This document shows, piece after piece, positions 24,853-35,070 of a DNA stretch of 39,918 nucleotides. How positions within the stretch are numbered: position 1 is the first letter of the stretch; each line of letters starts with the position of its first letter. The translations under genes were made by a program, and so were the position numbers. The notes beneath the pieces were generated by a model. It did no database searches, was not told where the DNA came from, and saw only the letters and a program-made list of their open reading frames with translations. Source of the DNA: an uncultured Saprospiraceae bacterium (GTDB lineage: Bacteria; Bacteroidota; Bacteroidia; Chitinophagales; Saprospiraceae); contig CALHBQ010000103.1 of the NCBI GenBank assembly GCA_937930815.1, positions 1 through 39,918 of the forward strand, in the 5' to 3' direction.

Positions 24853-24970
24853 AAACTGGTAAATTTTGAATTAACAATAATATCATTGAAGATAAAGATA
24901 ACAATTGCTTCTAAAGTATAATTCACTATTTTTTGAAGTGTTCTTGACAAAATTTCGCTTAATAAATTTG
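24853..24970. promoter_or_regulatory. divergent promoter region between paralog 2 and the BNR-repeat gene
   Basis: Contains the conserved 5' block shared with 22922-23033. On the plus strand, TTG (24944-24946) is followed after 16 nt by TAAATTTG (24963-24970), a TAnnTTTG match 72 nt upstream of ATG 25042. The spacing is shorter than the usual 19-21 nt. Confidence 0.35.
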
Positions 24971-25041
24971 AATTGACGTCTTGTTTGTACTTTTTCGCTC
25001 TATTAGTATGAAATTAATTTATTTCTTTAAAATTGAATAAC

Positions 25042-26943
25042 ATGAAAAAAATTTACCTAATTTTTTCCCTACTTGTTTCTGTTAGTCTTGTTTACGGGCA
25101 ATATGGCTTAGACTTAATCGGAAAAAATTCTCCTTTGAACAAGGCCGTTAAAGTTACAAAGCATGAAAAAGAACTTACCACTTTTAATGCAGTTCCAAAT
25201 CTTACGCCTGTCAAAACAAACCCAGCTTTTGAAGGCGTAACCAGAGCCGGAAAAGAAGTTGAAATAGGCAAATCAACGTATGATTTACAGTCAAACAGTA
25301 GCATGCAAAACAGGCTAATTAATCATGGCGATGGCACACTATCTGCGAGTTGGACAATGGCGACTGACCAGGATTGGACAGATCGTGGATCTGGATACAA
25401 CTATTTTGATGGAACCGCATGGGGTCCAACTCCAACATCGAGATTAGAACAGATACGCAGAACTGGTTGGCCATCACTTAACAGGTTAGCCGATGGAACC
25501 GATGTTGTTCTTTCTCACTTTTCTCCTCCTCCTTATGATGGAAATTTATTAAGAAAGCAAGCTGATGGAACCTGGACAGAAAAAAACCTAGGTACATTGA
25601 CTGAACCAATCGGTGTTCTTTGGCCTCGCTCAACGGTTGGCGGCCCTGATGGGAACACCTTCCATGCAATTGCTTTGACGACTCCTGTTGCATTAGATGG
25701 AGCAATTCACAAAGGAATGGATGGCCATATTCTTTATTACCGCTCATTAGATGGAGGTGAAACTTTCGACAAAATTGATGTAGTATTACCAGGTGCCGAC
25801 TCAACCAACTACTTAACCTTGGGTGGTGATAATTATGCTATTCATGCAAATGGAAATACCGTTGCCGTTTTAGTTATGGGAGGTTGGGGAGACACTAAAG
25901 TCATCAAATCGGAAGACAACGGTGAAACTTGGACCGAGCATATAGTTAACGAATTTCCATTACCAGAGCCATATGATATTGTAGCTGGTTATGATAAAAC
26001 CGAATGGCCAAACGATACATTTGACACCAGTGATGGAGCTGGGAATGTATTAGTTGATGGAAATGGTAAAGTGCATGTTGTTTATTCAGCTGTTACAGTT
26101 TTTGATGATGCATTTGGCAATACTGAATCTTTCTTTTTCCCAGCAGATAATTCAATCAATTATTGGAATGAAGATATGGGGGATGGAAACAAAATTATCA
26201 TCGGAGGTTATTTTGATGAAAATGGCAATGACTCTATTGATATCGCAAATGATGCATATGGTAATTATGGACAAGGTCTTGCTTCCTACCCTTCTATGGG
26301 TATGGATGCTAGCGGAAATATTTTTGTTGTTTACTCTGCAGTAACTGAATCATATTCAAACCCAGATGCAAATCCTGGACTCCAACATTTCAGACGTTTA
26401 TATGTACAAGGTTCTACAGATGGAGGAACAACGTGGAATGACCCAGTTGGCATTATCAATCCAGATTTTGCTGATGATTTCTTTTACCAATATTTTGAGG
26501 CTGTTTTTCCTTCTATGGCTAATTTAGTTGATGATCATTTACATATCGTGTATCAATTAGATTTTGAGCCTGGATTAGCGCTCAATGGAGATATGGATGC
26601 AGTAAGCGACAATTTCATCCAATACACAAAAATTCCTGTCGATTACGCACTTGGGTTATCAAGCACGAAGGAAGTTATTACACCAGAGCAAATTAAATTC
26701 TCAATTACTCCTAACCCAGCCTCTGAAGCAGTATTTTTAAACTTTGAGCTTGAAGAAGCTGGAAAAGTCAACATGGAACTTTTTAATCCAATCGGTCAAA
26801 AAGTGGCTGATTTTGGAACAGCAAATTATCCAACAGGTAGTTTTTCAAAAGAAATTTCTTTGGCTGGAATTGCAAAGGGAACTTACGTTGTAAAATTACA
26901 AACTGAAAAAACAGTTACATCAAAATTAATCGTGGTTGAATAA
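25042..26943 (+). CDS. BNR/Asp-box repeat (sialidase-like beta-propeller) protein with T9SS type A C-terminal sorting domain
   Basis: ATG 25042 gives MKKIYLIFSLLVSVSLVYGQ; the track's TTG at 25033 adds 3 residues. Three Asp-boxes: SLDGGETF, SEDNGETW, STDGGTTW. C-terminal FSITPNPASEAVFLNF...GTYVVKLQTEKTVTSKLIVVE. Confidence 0.8.
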   Translation: MKKIYLIFSLLVSVSLVYGQYGLDLIGKNSPLNKAVKVTKHEKELTTFNAVPNLTPVKTNPAFEGVTRAGKEVEIGKSTYDLQSNSSMQNRLINHGDGTLSASWTMATDQDWTDRGSGYNYFDGTAWGPTPTSRLEQIRRTGWPSLNRLADGTDVVLSHFSPPPYDGNLLRKQADGTWTEKNLGTLTEPIGVLWPRSTVGGPDGNTFHAIALTTPVALDGAIHKGMDGHILYYRSLDGGETFDKIDVVLPGADSTNYLTLGGDNYAIHANGNTVAVLVMGGWGDTKVIKSEDNGETWTEHIVNEFPLPEPYDIVAGYDKTEWPNDTFDTSDGAGNVLVDGNGKVHVVYSAVTVFDDAFGNTESFFFPADNSINYWNEDMGDGNKIIIGGYFDENGNDSIDIANDAYGNYGQGLASYPSMGMDASGNIFVVYSAVTESYSNPDANPGLQHFRRLYVQGSTDGGTTWNDPVGIINPDFADDFFYQYFEAVFPSMANLVDDHLHIVYQLDFEPGLALNGDMDAVSDNFIQYTKIPVDYALGLSSTKEVITPEQIKFSITPNPASEAVFLNFELEEAGKVNMELFNPIGQKVADFGTANYPTGSFSKEISLAGIAKGTYVVKLQTEKTVTSKLIVVE

Positions 26944-26966
26944 CCATTGATTTTGATTGAACGCAG

Positions 26967-27003
26967 AAAAAAGCTGATTCAGGTAATCTGAATCAGCTTT
27001 TTT
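26967..27003 (+). terminator. rho-independent terminator after the BNR-repeat gene
   Basis: Perfect 11-bp stem AGCTGATTCAG (26972-26982) / CTGAATCAGCT (26988-26998) with loop GTAAT, an upstream A-run and a downstream T-run to 27003. Confidence 0.85.
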
Positions 27004-27123
27004 ATGTGATTCATTGGGTTAAAATCGTCGTTTGTCGAAATAATATAGACTTTAATCCTTTTTAACCATATATTACACATCCAAAAAGTGACTAAATTTC
27101 TAAACTAATATTTCCCTATAATT

Positions 27124-27354
27124 ATGATTTCAAACAACCTTAAAAAGAAAGCTGTTTTGTTTGCCTCAATTTTTAGTTTGAGCTGTTTTATCTATTTAAA
27201 TTTATTTGTGAGATCAGAAATTGAAACTTCAAATTTTGAAGCTGAAATAGAACAAGCAGAAGATTTAAATAGTCCAAAAATCATGGCTCCAGATTTAAAA
27301 GTCGTTAGCCGTTTTATGGAAATCAGTAAAAAGGTTTTGAAGTCTATTCATTAG
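27124..27354 (+). CDS. small hypothetical membrane-anchored protein
   Basis: 76-aa ORF with ATG start and one N-terminal hydrophobic helix (AVLFASIFSLSCFIYLNLFV). No recognisable motif. It fills an otherwise empty gap. Confidence 0.35.
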   Translation: MISNNLKKKAVLFASIFSLSCFIYLNLFVRSEIETSNFEAEIEQAEDLNSPKIMAPDLKVVSRFMEISKKVLKSIH

Positions 27355-27357
27355 CAT

Positions 27358-27933
27358 TTAAAATTCAGCTAAATTCTTATAAACTAAATCAACAGGCAAA
27401 CCCATAATGTTTGCATACGTACCTTCAATTTTTGAAATTTTGCAGTGCCCCAACCACTCTTGCACTCCGTAAGAACCTGCTTTATCGAATGGCTCGTATC
27501 GATCGATATACCAATATTTTTCTTCAGAGGACATCTCATCAAACCACACATCAGATCTTCCTTTGAAAATCATTTTTTTTGATTTTGATAACAAGCAAAC
27601 TCCTGTATAAACGGAATGCTTATTAGCCGAAAGTTCGGTTAACATCCGAAAGGCATCTTCTCTATCTTTTGGTTTATTGTAAATGCTATCTCCCATTACA
27701 ACTGTACTGTCGGCTGCCAAAAGAATTTGATTTTCATTTGTTAAAAATTCTCTGCACGCCTCTGCTTTTATACCTGCTAAAAAGGCGGCAACTTCTGTCA
27801 CATCCATCTCTGGATCAAATGATTCGTCCACCTCTTTTGTTTTTATTTCAAAAGAAAAACCAGCCTCTTCCAACAATTGTTTTCTGCGAGGAGATTTAGA
27901 CGCAAGTATTATCTTTTTTTCTAAAATTTTCAT
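27358..27933 (-). CDS. maf: Maf-family nucleoside triphosphate pyrophosphatase
   Basis: 191 aa. ILASKSPRRKQLLEEAGF, LAADSTVV and KAGSYGVQE motifs typical of Maf. Confidence 0.9.
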   Translation of the reverse strand: MKILEKKIILASKSPRRKQLLEEAGFSFEIKTKEVDESFDPEMDVTEVAAFLAGIKAEACREFLTNENQILLAADSTVVMGDSIYNKPKDREDAFRMLTELSANKHSVYTGVCLLSKSKKMIFKGRSDVWFDEMSSEEKYWYIDRYEPFDKAGSYGVQEWLGHCKISKIEGTYANIMGLPVDLVYKNLAEF

Positions 27934-27936
27934 GTC

Positions 27937-28863
27937 TTAAAAATTAACCTTTACTATAAAAATCAAAAAGCATAAACCAGCCAACATAATTACTTTTATT
28001 ATTTGACTTGCCTGATGAAAGTCACTGACAGCCTGTGATTTATATATTTTAAAAATTGAAATTAGAATTGGAATCAACACTAAAAAAATTCCAAAAAACA
28101 AAGGCAAATAATGACCTTGATTAAATAAAATCCATAAAAAAAACGAAAGTCCTACAGCCAAAATACCTCCCCAGACCCCTGCTAAAATTTTCGACTTTTT
28201 TACACCCTCGACAATCGGAAAAGTCTTTGCGCCTTCTGCCCTATCTCCTTCCAAATCTTCAATATCTTTTACGATTTCACGCATCATCGTTGAAGAAAAA
28301 GCAAAGAAAATATAGCCCAAAAATATCCCAATTAGAAAGACCGTTTTTTGATTAATTTCAGTCAAAGCAAAACTAAATACTTCTGGAAAAAGGACAATTC
28401 CTGCCACTCCAGCGGCAAAAAAAGAAACGATAATATTTCCAACTAAATAGGACTTTTTGAAATATACAGAATAACTCCAAAGCATAAAAACAGCAATTGG
28501 GAACAGCAAAAACCAAAGCGGTCTTTCAACCCAAAAAGCCATATAAATTGAAATTAATGATCCTACAGCTATTGAAATCCAATAGAGCCATTTGGCGTTT
28601 ATTTCTGATATTTTTTTTCCAATCACCCGAGTTTCAGGTTTATTGATTTTATCAATTTCGATGTCTTTCAAATCATTAATAATATAACCACCTACTGCAA
28701 CTAAAACCGTAGCCAAAACCAATAAGCTAAAATGAAATAGATCTAAAACTGGCTGAGAACCAGATTCAACATGATATGGATACACCACCAAAAACTGTAG
28801 CAAATATTGCGTGATGGCAACAATCAATAAATTTTTAGCTCGAATAAGTTTGAGGTATGCCAT
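27937..28863 (-). CDS. UbiA-family prenyltransferase
   Basis: About nine TM helices. First Asp-rich motif NDLKDIEIDKINKP, second DIEDLEGDRAEG. ATG at 28863 preferred over the track's TTG at 28866. Confidence 0.8.
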   Translation of the reverse strand: MAYLKLIRAKNLLIVAITQYLLQFLVVYPYHVESGSQPVLDLFHFSLLVLATVLVAVGGYIINDLKDIEIDKINKPETRVIGKKISEINAKWLYWISIAVGSLISIYMAFWVERPLWFLLFPIAVFMLWSYSVYFKKSYLVGNIIVSFFAAGVAGIVLFPEVFSFALTEINQKTVFLIGIFLGYIFFAFSSTMMREIVKDIEDLEGDRAEGAKTFPIVEGVKKSKILAGVWGGILAVGLSFFLWILFNQGHYLPLFFGIFLVLIPILISIFKIYKSQAVSDFHQASQIIKVIMLAGLCFLIFIVKVNF

Positions 28864-28866
28864 CAA

Positions 28867-29883
28867 TTATCGAAAGTTTTCAGTCATCGGTAATCGAGCA
28901 GTAGGTTTCATTGATTGGTCAGCGAAGTCATTTTTTAAGTACTTAAAATAAGCTGCTACGCCTATCATAGCGGCATTATCAGTGCAGAATTGGAATGCCG
29001 GAATAAAAGTGTCCCAACGATGCTTTTCACCTGCTTTAACAATTGTTTCTCTTAAAAAACTATTGGCAGAGACACCTCCTGCAATTGCAATTTGATTGAT
29101 GCCGGTTTGCTTAGCCGCTTTTCTCAATTTGGCCATCAAAATGGTCACAATTCGAGTTTGAACAGAGCAACAAATGTCCTCCAAATTTTCAGCAATGAAG
29201 TTTGGATTTTTAGCAACTTCTGCTCTTAAAAAATATAATATTGCGGTCTTAATTCCACTGAAACTATAATTAAAACCTTGCATTTGAGGATGCGGAAATT
29301 CAAAAATTGGCTTTCCTTTTTTTGCCAATTTATCAATGATTGGACCTGCGGGGTAATCCAACCCTAACATCTTACCCGTTTTATCGAAAGCCTCCCCTGC
29401 TGCATCATCCAATGTTGAGCCAATCACCTCCATTTCCAATGGATTGGTGACTTTTACAATTTGAGTATGACCACCACTTACGGTCAAGCACAAAAAAGGA
29501 AAAGTTGGTTTCGGTTCTTCCGCAAAATGGGCTAAAACATGCGCTTGCATGTGATTGACCTCTATAATCGGAATATCGAGAGAAAGTGCCATTGATTTGG
29601 CAAAAGAAACACCGACAATTAAAGATCCCATAAGCCCTGGGCCACGAGTTACGGCAATAGCTGAAAGTTGTGTTTTCTCAATTCCTGCTTTTTTCAGTGC
29701 CATATCGACGACTGGGATAATATTGGATTGGTGGGCACGAGATGCCACTTCTGGCACTACTCCACCATATGCACGATGCACTTCTTGATTGGCAACAAGA
29801 TTACTCAAAACCACTCCATCTTTTATCACAGAGGCAGATGTATCATCACACGAAGATTCAATTGCTAAAATATAGACGCTCAT
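28867..29883 (-). CDS. tsaD: tRNA N6-adenosine threonylcarbamoyltransferase
   Basis: 338 aa. ILAIESSCDDTSASV, HMQAHVLAHF metal site and IAGGVSANS, typical of TsaD/Kae1. Confidence 0.95.
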   Translation of the reverse strand: MSVYILAIESSCDDTSASVIKDGVVLSNLVANQEVHRAYGGVVPEVASRAHQSNIIPVVDMALKKAGIEKTQLSAIAVTRGPGLMGSLIVGVSFAKSMALSLDIPIIEVNHMQAHVLAHFAEEPKPTFPFLCLTVSGGHTQIVKVTNPLEMEVIGSTLDDAAGEAFDKTGKMLGLDYPAGPIIDKLAKKGKPIFEFPHPQMQGFNYSFSGIKTAILYFLRAEVAKNPNFIAENLEDICCSVQTRIVTILMAKLRKAAKQTGINQIAIAGGVSANSFLRETIVKAGEKHRWDTFIPAFQFCTDNAAMIGVAAYFKYLKNDFADQSMKPTARLPMTENFR

Positions 29884-29973
29884 TTTTGTATAGCTTCAAT
29901 TAAAATTTACTTTTGTAGCCTGCGCAAACATACTAAGAGTTTACAATAACTTTTAAAATTAAAAAACACAATT

Positions 29974-30390
29974 ATGTTAGGTTCCAGAAGAAAAAAAGAA
30001 GAAACTGCCAAAAGTGCATCTCCTCTTGATAGTTCGAACTGTGTCGTTTCAAAAGGCGCTGTAATTGAGGGAAAATTTTCCTCAACTGATAGTTTAAGAT
30101 TGGATGGTCAAGTTAATGGCGAAGTAGATTGTAAAAGTCGCTTAGTAATGGGAGCATCCGGTAAAGTTATTGGCACTGTAAAAGCAACAGAGGCTGAAAT
30201 TTTAGGAACAGTCGAAGGTGACTTAATAATCACAGGCGCATTGAATTTGAGAAGTTCTGCAAAAATAAAAGGAAACATTTCAGCAAAAACCATGTCTGTT
30301 GACGAAGGTGCCATTTACAATGGCGAATGCCGAATTGGTGAATACTCAGGTGCTCAAAGAGTCACAAGAGTAGTAAAATCTGAAGCTTAA
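29974..30390 (+). CDS. bactofilin (polymer-forming cytoskeletal protein)
   Basis: 138 aa. Repetitive beta-helix pattern (IEGKFSSTDSLRLDGQVNGEVDC..LVMGASGKVIGTVKA.EAEILGTVEGDLI..GALNLRSSAKIKGNISAK.MSVDEGAIYNGE) typical of DUF583/bactofilin. Confidence 0.8.
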   Translation: MLGSRRKKEETAKSASPLDSSNCVVSKGAVIEGKFSSTDSLRLDGQVNGEVDCKSRLVMGASGKVIGTVKATEAEILGTVEGDLIITGALNLRSSAKIKGNISAKTMSVDEGAIYNGECRIGEYSGAQRVTRVVKSEA

Positions 30391-30392
30391 AA

Positions 30393-31553
30393 TTACAAAA
30401 GCTTCATTGCCTGCTCAAGATCTTCAATCAAATAATCAGGGTCTTCAAATCCGATGTACAATCGTACAATATTCCAAGGTGCTTCTGGGTCTTTGTATCC
30501 TTTTCTATTGTAAAATGCAGCAATCGGTAACAAAAGACTTTCATGCCCACCCCACGAAACGGCAAGCAGAAACCTTTGAATTGCATCAGAAAAACGCTCA
30601 ATGTTTTCAATACTATCTGTTTTAAATTGAACTGAAAAAAGCCCACCACAGCCCCTCATTTGTTTTTTAGCTAATTCTAATTGAGCAAAGTTTTTTGAAA
30701 AAGGATAATAAACCTTTTCAACTTTGGGATGCGCTTCAAGCCATTCTACAATTTTTATGGCAGATTGATTAGAACGTTCCATTCTGAGTTCTAAAGTTCT
30801 TAAACCTCTAATAATTAAAGCGGTATCATGCGGAGAAATAATTCCTCCAATATTCATCAATTCTGATTCGAATATTTTTCTAACCATTGCCTCAGTACCA
30901 CACAAAACACCGCAAACAACATCGCTGTGTCCATTGATAAATTTTGTACCTGAATGAACGACGATGTCTATTCCAAATTCAATTGGATTTTGAAAATAAG
31001 GAGAAGCACAACTATTATCGATAATTGTGATAATTCCATTTTCCTTTGCTATTCTGGCTATTGCTTCTAAATCTTGCAACTCCATCAACAAAGAATTGGG
31101 GCTCTCCAAATAAATCACAGAGGTATTTGGTTGAATTTTACTTTTTAAATCATCCAAATTATTTCCTTGAAAAAATGAATTTGTGACATTGAATCTTGGC
31201 ATATAATTTGTCATAAGTTTATATGTCCAAGAGTATGGAGCGTTTACACATAAGACATGATCTCCTGCTTTTACATTTGCCATAACCGCAGCAGAAATCG
31301 CTGCGACTCCAGAGGCAAAGACGAGCGAATCCTCAGCCTTTTCCAAAGCCGCCAACTTTTTCCTAAGAATATTTACCGTCGGATTATTTCCTCTGGTGTA
31401 GATAGAATTATGGAATTCATCATCAAAAGCCTTCCTAAAATCCTTAAAATTCCCAAAAGCGAAATTACTTGACTGAATCACAGGAGGACAGATTGCATTG
31501 AAGTATTGATGCCTTTCTTCCCCGAGATGTGTTAATATTTCACTTAGATGCAT
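30393..31553 (-). CDS. Cys/Met-metabolism PLP-dependent enzyme (cystathionine beta-lyase/gamma-synthase family)
   Basis: 386 aa. PLP-lysine motif SGTKFINGHSDVVCG and overall trans-sulfuration enzyme pattern. Exact specificity not assignable. Confidence 0.85.
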   Translation of the reverse strand: MHLSEILTHLGEERHQYFNAICPPVIQSSNFAFGNFKDFRKAFDDEFHNSIYTRGNNPTVNILRKKLAALEKAEDSLVFASGVAAISAAVMANVKAGDHVLCVNAPYSWTYKLMTNYMPRFNVTNSFFQGNNLDDLKSKIQPNTSVIYLESPNSLLMELQDLEAIARIAKENGIITIIDNSCASPYFQNPIEFGIDIVVHSGTKFINGHSDVVCGVLCGTEAMVRKIFESELMNIGGIISPHDTALIIRGLRTLELRMERSNQSAIKIVEWLEAHPKVEKVYYPFSKNFAQLELAKKQMRGCGGLFSVQFKTDSIENIERFSDAIQRFLLAVSWGGHESLLLPIAAFYNRKGYKDPEAPWNIVRLYIGFEDPDYLIEDLEQAMKLL

Positions 31554-31646
31554 TAAAAAAGGATTAAAATGTTAAATAATTTGACTTTGAAGGTTACATG
31601 GGTGAAATTTGCAATGTATTTTAATTTTCCCATTGAAACACTTTCT

Positions 31647-32390
31647 ATGAACAAAATCTTAATTACCCCAAAGGCGTATCTCGTCTTGTTACTATTCTTT
31701 TTGTTTTCTTTTTCGATTGGTGCTCAATCTGTGTCAGATATTGATACTCAAGTTTTGGCTTTTCTAAAATCCAATCAAGACCTAATCTGTAAATTTTCGG
31801 AAACTTACAAAGCTAACTCCCATGAAGTAGTCGCTTTTGGATATCCGAAATTAACTGAGTTTTTTGAAAAAGAAAAATCTGATTCAGACAAGAAATTAGA
31901 GTCTCTATATATCTATCTTGGAAGCCGTGAGGCTGATGTACAAATAGGCGAATTTCAACTAAAAACTTCTTTTGTTGAGCAAATAGAAACGATTGTCAAT
32001 AACCATTCAGCAGTTTTTCCTGATTTTACTTTTGTTGGTCAATACAACAAAGTGGATGAGCGCAGCATTCGCGAACAGCGAATTACAAGAATGAAGGATG
32101 TAGAATGGCAATTGAATTATTTATTTGCTTTTAAGGCCATCGCAGACTCCTGCTTCTTTGGTATTGAGTTCAAAAATATAGAAGAAAAAACAGCTTTTTA
32201 CTCAATTGCTTTTGATTTAGGATTCAAAGCAAAACTTCAAGAAATTAAATCTTGTTATCAAAGTTTTAATGACGTTGAAAAGGACAAGAGAGTTCAAGAA
32301 TGTCAAAAAACTGCACTGCTTGCAACTGAATTCCTTACGAAATACACCCCTATTTTTGATTGTAAAGGTGATTTCGCAAGGTTCAAATAA
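31647..32390 (+). CDS. hypothetical secreted protein
   Basis: ATG 31647 gives signal-like MNKILITPKAYLVLLLFFLFSFSIGAQS. The track's ATG at 31569 would leave only 15 nt to the divergent gene. No recognisable domain. Confidence 0.5.
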   Translation: MNKILITPKAYLVLLLFFLFSFSIGAQSVSDIDTQVLAFLKSNQDLICKFSETYKANSHEVVAFGYPKLTEFFEKEKSDSDKKLESLYIYLGSREADVQIGEFQLKTSFVEQIETIVNNHSAVFPDFTFVGQYNKVDERSIREQRITRMKDVEWQLNYLFAFKAIADSCFFGIEFKNIEEKTAFYSIAFDLGFKAKLQEIKSCYQSFNDVEKDKRVQECQKTALLATEFLTKYTPIFDCKGDFARFK

Positions 32391-32439
32391 TATTTTTTCT
32401 GAGATTATTTTATAAACACAAATGCTAGAAAACAGGCAA

Positions 32440-35070
32440 TCATCCTAATAAGGTGGTTGCCTTTTTTAATGCATTTTCAATACCAGAAACATCCGCTCCA
32501 CCAGCTTCAGCATAGAACGGTTGACCACCGCCGCCGCCTTTAATTTCTTTTGCTAAATCACGCACAATATTTCCTGCATTTAGACCTTTCTCAGCAATCA
32601 GATTTTTACTCACATTAACAATTAATCGTGGTTTCCCATCAATTTCAGCAGCAAAAACTATCAATACATTTCCTTTCTCTTTTTCAAGGTTGAAAGAAAG
32701 CGCTTTGATGGCTCCAATATCTTGCAAATCAACTTTTTTAGCCAAGAAGTTCACCCCTCCTTTATCTTCAAATTGATTGATTAATTCAGATTTCAAAGCA
32801 CCAGCTTGTTTAGCAACAAATCCATCCAATTGTTTTTTCAACAACTTGTTTTCTTCTTGTATAGCAGCTATTTGTTTTGGCAAGTCCTTTGGACTCGCTA
32901 AAAGCTCTTTAATCGCTTCTAACTCGCTTAATGCGTTATTCAAATACGCTTCTGCTTTACTCCCTGAAATCGCTTCTAACCGTCTTACACCAGCCGCTAC
33001 CCCATTTTCGGAAACTATTTTAAAATAGCCAATATCTCCTGTCGCTTTCACATGCGTTCCTCCGCACAATTCTCTTGAGAAATCTTTATCAAAAGTTATC
33101 ATTCTAACCACCTCTCCATACTTCTCCCCAAAGAGCATAGTTGCACCCGATTCTTTGGCTTTTTCAATTGGCATTTCGCGGTCTTCTTCTAAAGCAATAT
33201 TCTCTCTAATTTTTTGATTTACCATCTTTTCTATCGTAGCCAGTTCTTCATCAGTTACTTTCTGAAAGTGGGAAAAATCGAACCTAACTCGTTGATCATC
33301 AACATTTTGCCCTCTTTGCAATGCATGTTCGCCTAACACCTCGTGCATCGCTGCATGCATCAAGTGAGCCGCAGTGTGATTGGAAGAAATTGCTTGTCTT
33401 TTCCTTTCATCAATCTCAGCTCTCAATGAGCCTTTCAGGTTCTCAGCAGAAGGCATTTTATCGACAATATGAATTATTAAATCATTCTCTTTTTGAGTAT
33501 CAACAACCTTGATTTTTTCACCATCAAAATTGAAGATTCCTGTATCTCCAGCTTGTCCCCCACTCTCTGCATAAAAAGGCGTTTTATCAATAACAATTTG
33601 AAATTGTTTTTTCTTTTTCTGAATCACCTCTCGATACTTTACAACCTTCGCATTTTTCACAACAAAATCATCAAATCCAACAAATGTAACAGATGGATCT
33701 TCAGTCAAAATAATCCAATCTCCAGCCTCTTTTGAAGCATCTGCTCGACCTCGATTTTTTTGTGCATTTAACGCAGATTCGAAACCAGCTTCATCCACTT
33801 CAAAACCTTTTTCAGAGGCCAACAAACGTGTTAAATCAATTGGGAAGCCAAAAGTGTCGTAAAGTTCAAATGCAGCTTTTCCATCAACGATTTCATCATT
33901 GACTTTTACCGATTCAAATCTTTTCAAACCACTTTCCAGCGTTTTCAAAAAGCCTTTTTCTTCCTCTAAAATTACTTTTTTAACAAAGTCCAGTTGTTGT
34001 AATAATTCTGGAAAAACATCCTTGAATTTATCTGCCAAAAGCGGGATCAAAGTATGTAAAAATGGCTCCTGAATATTCAAAAATGAGTAGTAATATCTAA
34101 CTGCTCTTCGAAGGATTCTTCTAATCACATACCCTGCTCCATTATTACTTGGCATCTGCCCATCTGCAATCGCAAAAGACACCGCTCTAATGTGATCAGA
34201 AATCACCCTCATTGCAATATCTGACTTAGGCGCATCCTGGTAAATACTGGTATATCTAATACCAGAAGCTTTTTCAATTTCTTTAATAAAAGGAGAAAAA
34301 ACATCCGTATCGTAGTTGGAAGTTTTTCCTTGCATTGCCATACACAAACGCTCAAATCCCATACCTGTATCAACATGTTGATCAGGCAAATTTTCGAGCG
34401 AACCATTCGCTTTCCTATTAAATTGAATAAAAACGAGATTCCATATTTCAATTACTTCTGGCGAGTCTGCGTTGACCAAATGCTTTGCGTCAAATTTTTC
34501 ACGCATTTCATCAGGACGAAGGTCAATATGAATTTCAGAGCAAGGGCCACATGGACCAGTATCTCCCATTTCCCAAAAATTGTCAGCTTTATCAAACCTC
34601 AAAATTCTGTCAGGAGAAATGTATTTTTTCCAAATATCAGCTGATTCCTCGTCTGGATCTAAGCCATCACTGGCATCACCTTCAAAAATAGAGACATAAA
34701 GTCTATCTTTTGGAAGTTTATAAACCTCGGTCAATAACTCCCAAGCCCAAGCAATTGCTTCTTCTTTAAAATAATCACCAAAAGACCAATTGCCCAACAT
34801 TTCAAACATCGTATGATGGTAACTATCAATTCCAACTTCCTCTAAATCGTTGTGTTTACCCGAAACCCGAAGACACTTCTGTGTATCCGTAATTCTTGTT
34901 GAATCAGGTTTTTTATTACCCAAAAAGTAATCTTTGAACTGATTCATTCCTGCATTCGTAAACATTAAGGTAGGGTCATCCTTAACCACAATTGGTGCTG
35001 AAGGAACTACTTTATGAGCTTTTGATGCAAAAAAGTCCAAGAATTTTTCACGAATTTCATGTGATGTCAT
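32440..35070 (-). CDS. alaS: alanine--tRNA ligase
   Basis: 876 aa. FLDFFASKAHKVVPSAPIV, FTNAGMNQFKD, editing-domain HTAAHLMHAAM...CGGTHV and C-terminal GGGGGQPFYAEAGG. Confidence 0.97.
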   Translation of the reverse strand: MTSHEIREKFLDFFASKAHKVVPSAPIVVKDDPTLMFTNAGMNQFKDYFLGNKKPDSTRITDTQKCLRVSGKHNDLEEVGIDSYHHTMFEMLGNWSFGDYFKEEAIAWAWELLTEVYKLPKDRLYVSIFEGDASDGLDPDEESADIWKKYISPDRILRFDKADNFWEMGDTGPCGPCSEIHIDLRPDEMREKFDAKHLVNADSPEVIEIWNLVFIQFNRKANGSLENLPDQHVDTGMGFERLCMAMQGKTSNYDTDVFSPFIKEIEKASGIRYTSIYQDAPKSDIAMRVISDHIRAVSFAIADGQMPSNNGAGYVIRRILRRAVRYYYSFLNIQEPFLHTLIPLLADKFKDVFPELLQQLDFVKKVILEEEKGFLKTLESGLKRFESVKVNDEIVDGKAAFELYDTFGFPIDLTRLLASEKGFEVDEAGFESALNAQKNRGRADASKEAGDWIILTEDPSVTFVGFDDFVVKNAKVVKYREVIQKKKKQFQIVIDKTPFYAESGGQAGDTGIFNFDGEKIKVVDTQKENDLIIHIVDKMPSAENLKGSLRAEIDERKRQAISSNHTAAHLMHAAMHEVLGEHALQRGQNVDDQRVRFDFSHFQKVTDEELATIEKMVNQKIRENIALEEDREMPIEKAKESGATMLFGEKYGEVVRMITFDKDFSRELCGGTHVKATGDIGYFKIVSENGVAAGVRRLEAISGSKAEAYLNNALSELEAIKELLASPKDLPKQIAAIQEENKLLKKQLDGFVAKQAGALKSELINQFEDKGGVNFLAKKVDLQDIGAIKALSFNLEKEKGNVLIVFAAEIDGKPRLIVNVSKNLIAEKGLNAGNIVRDLAKEIKGGGGGQPFYAEAGGADVSGIENALKKATTLLG

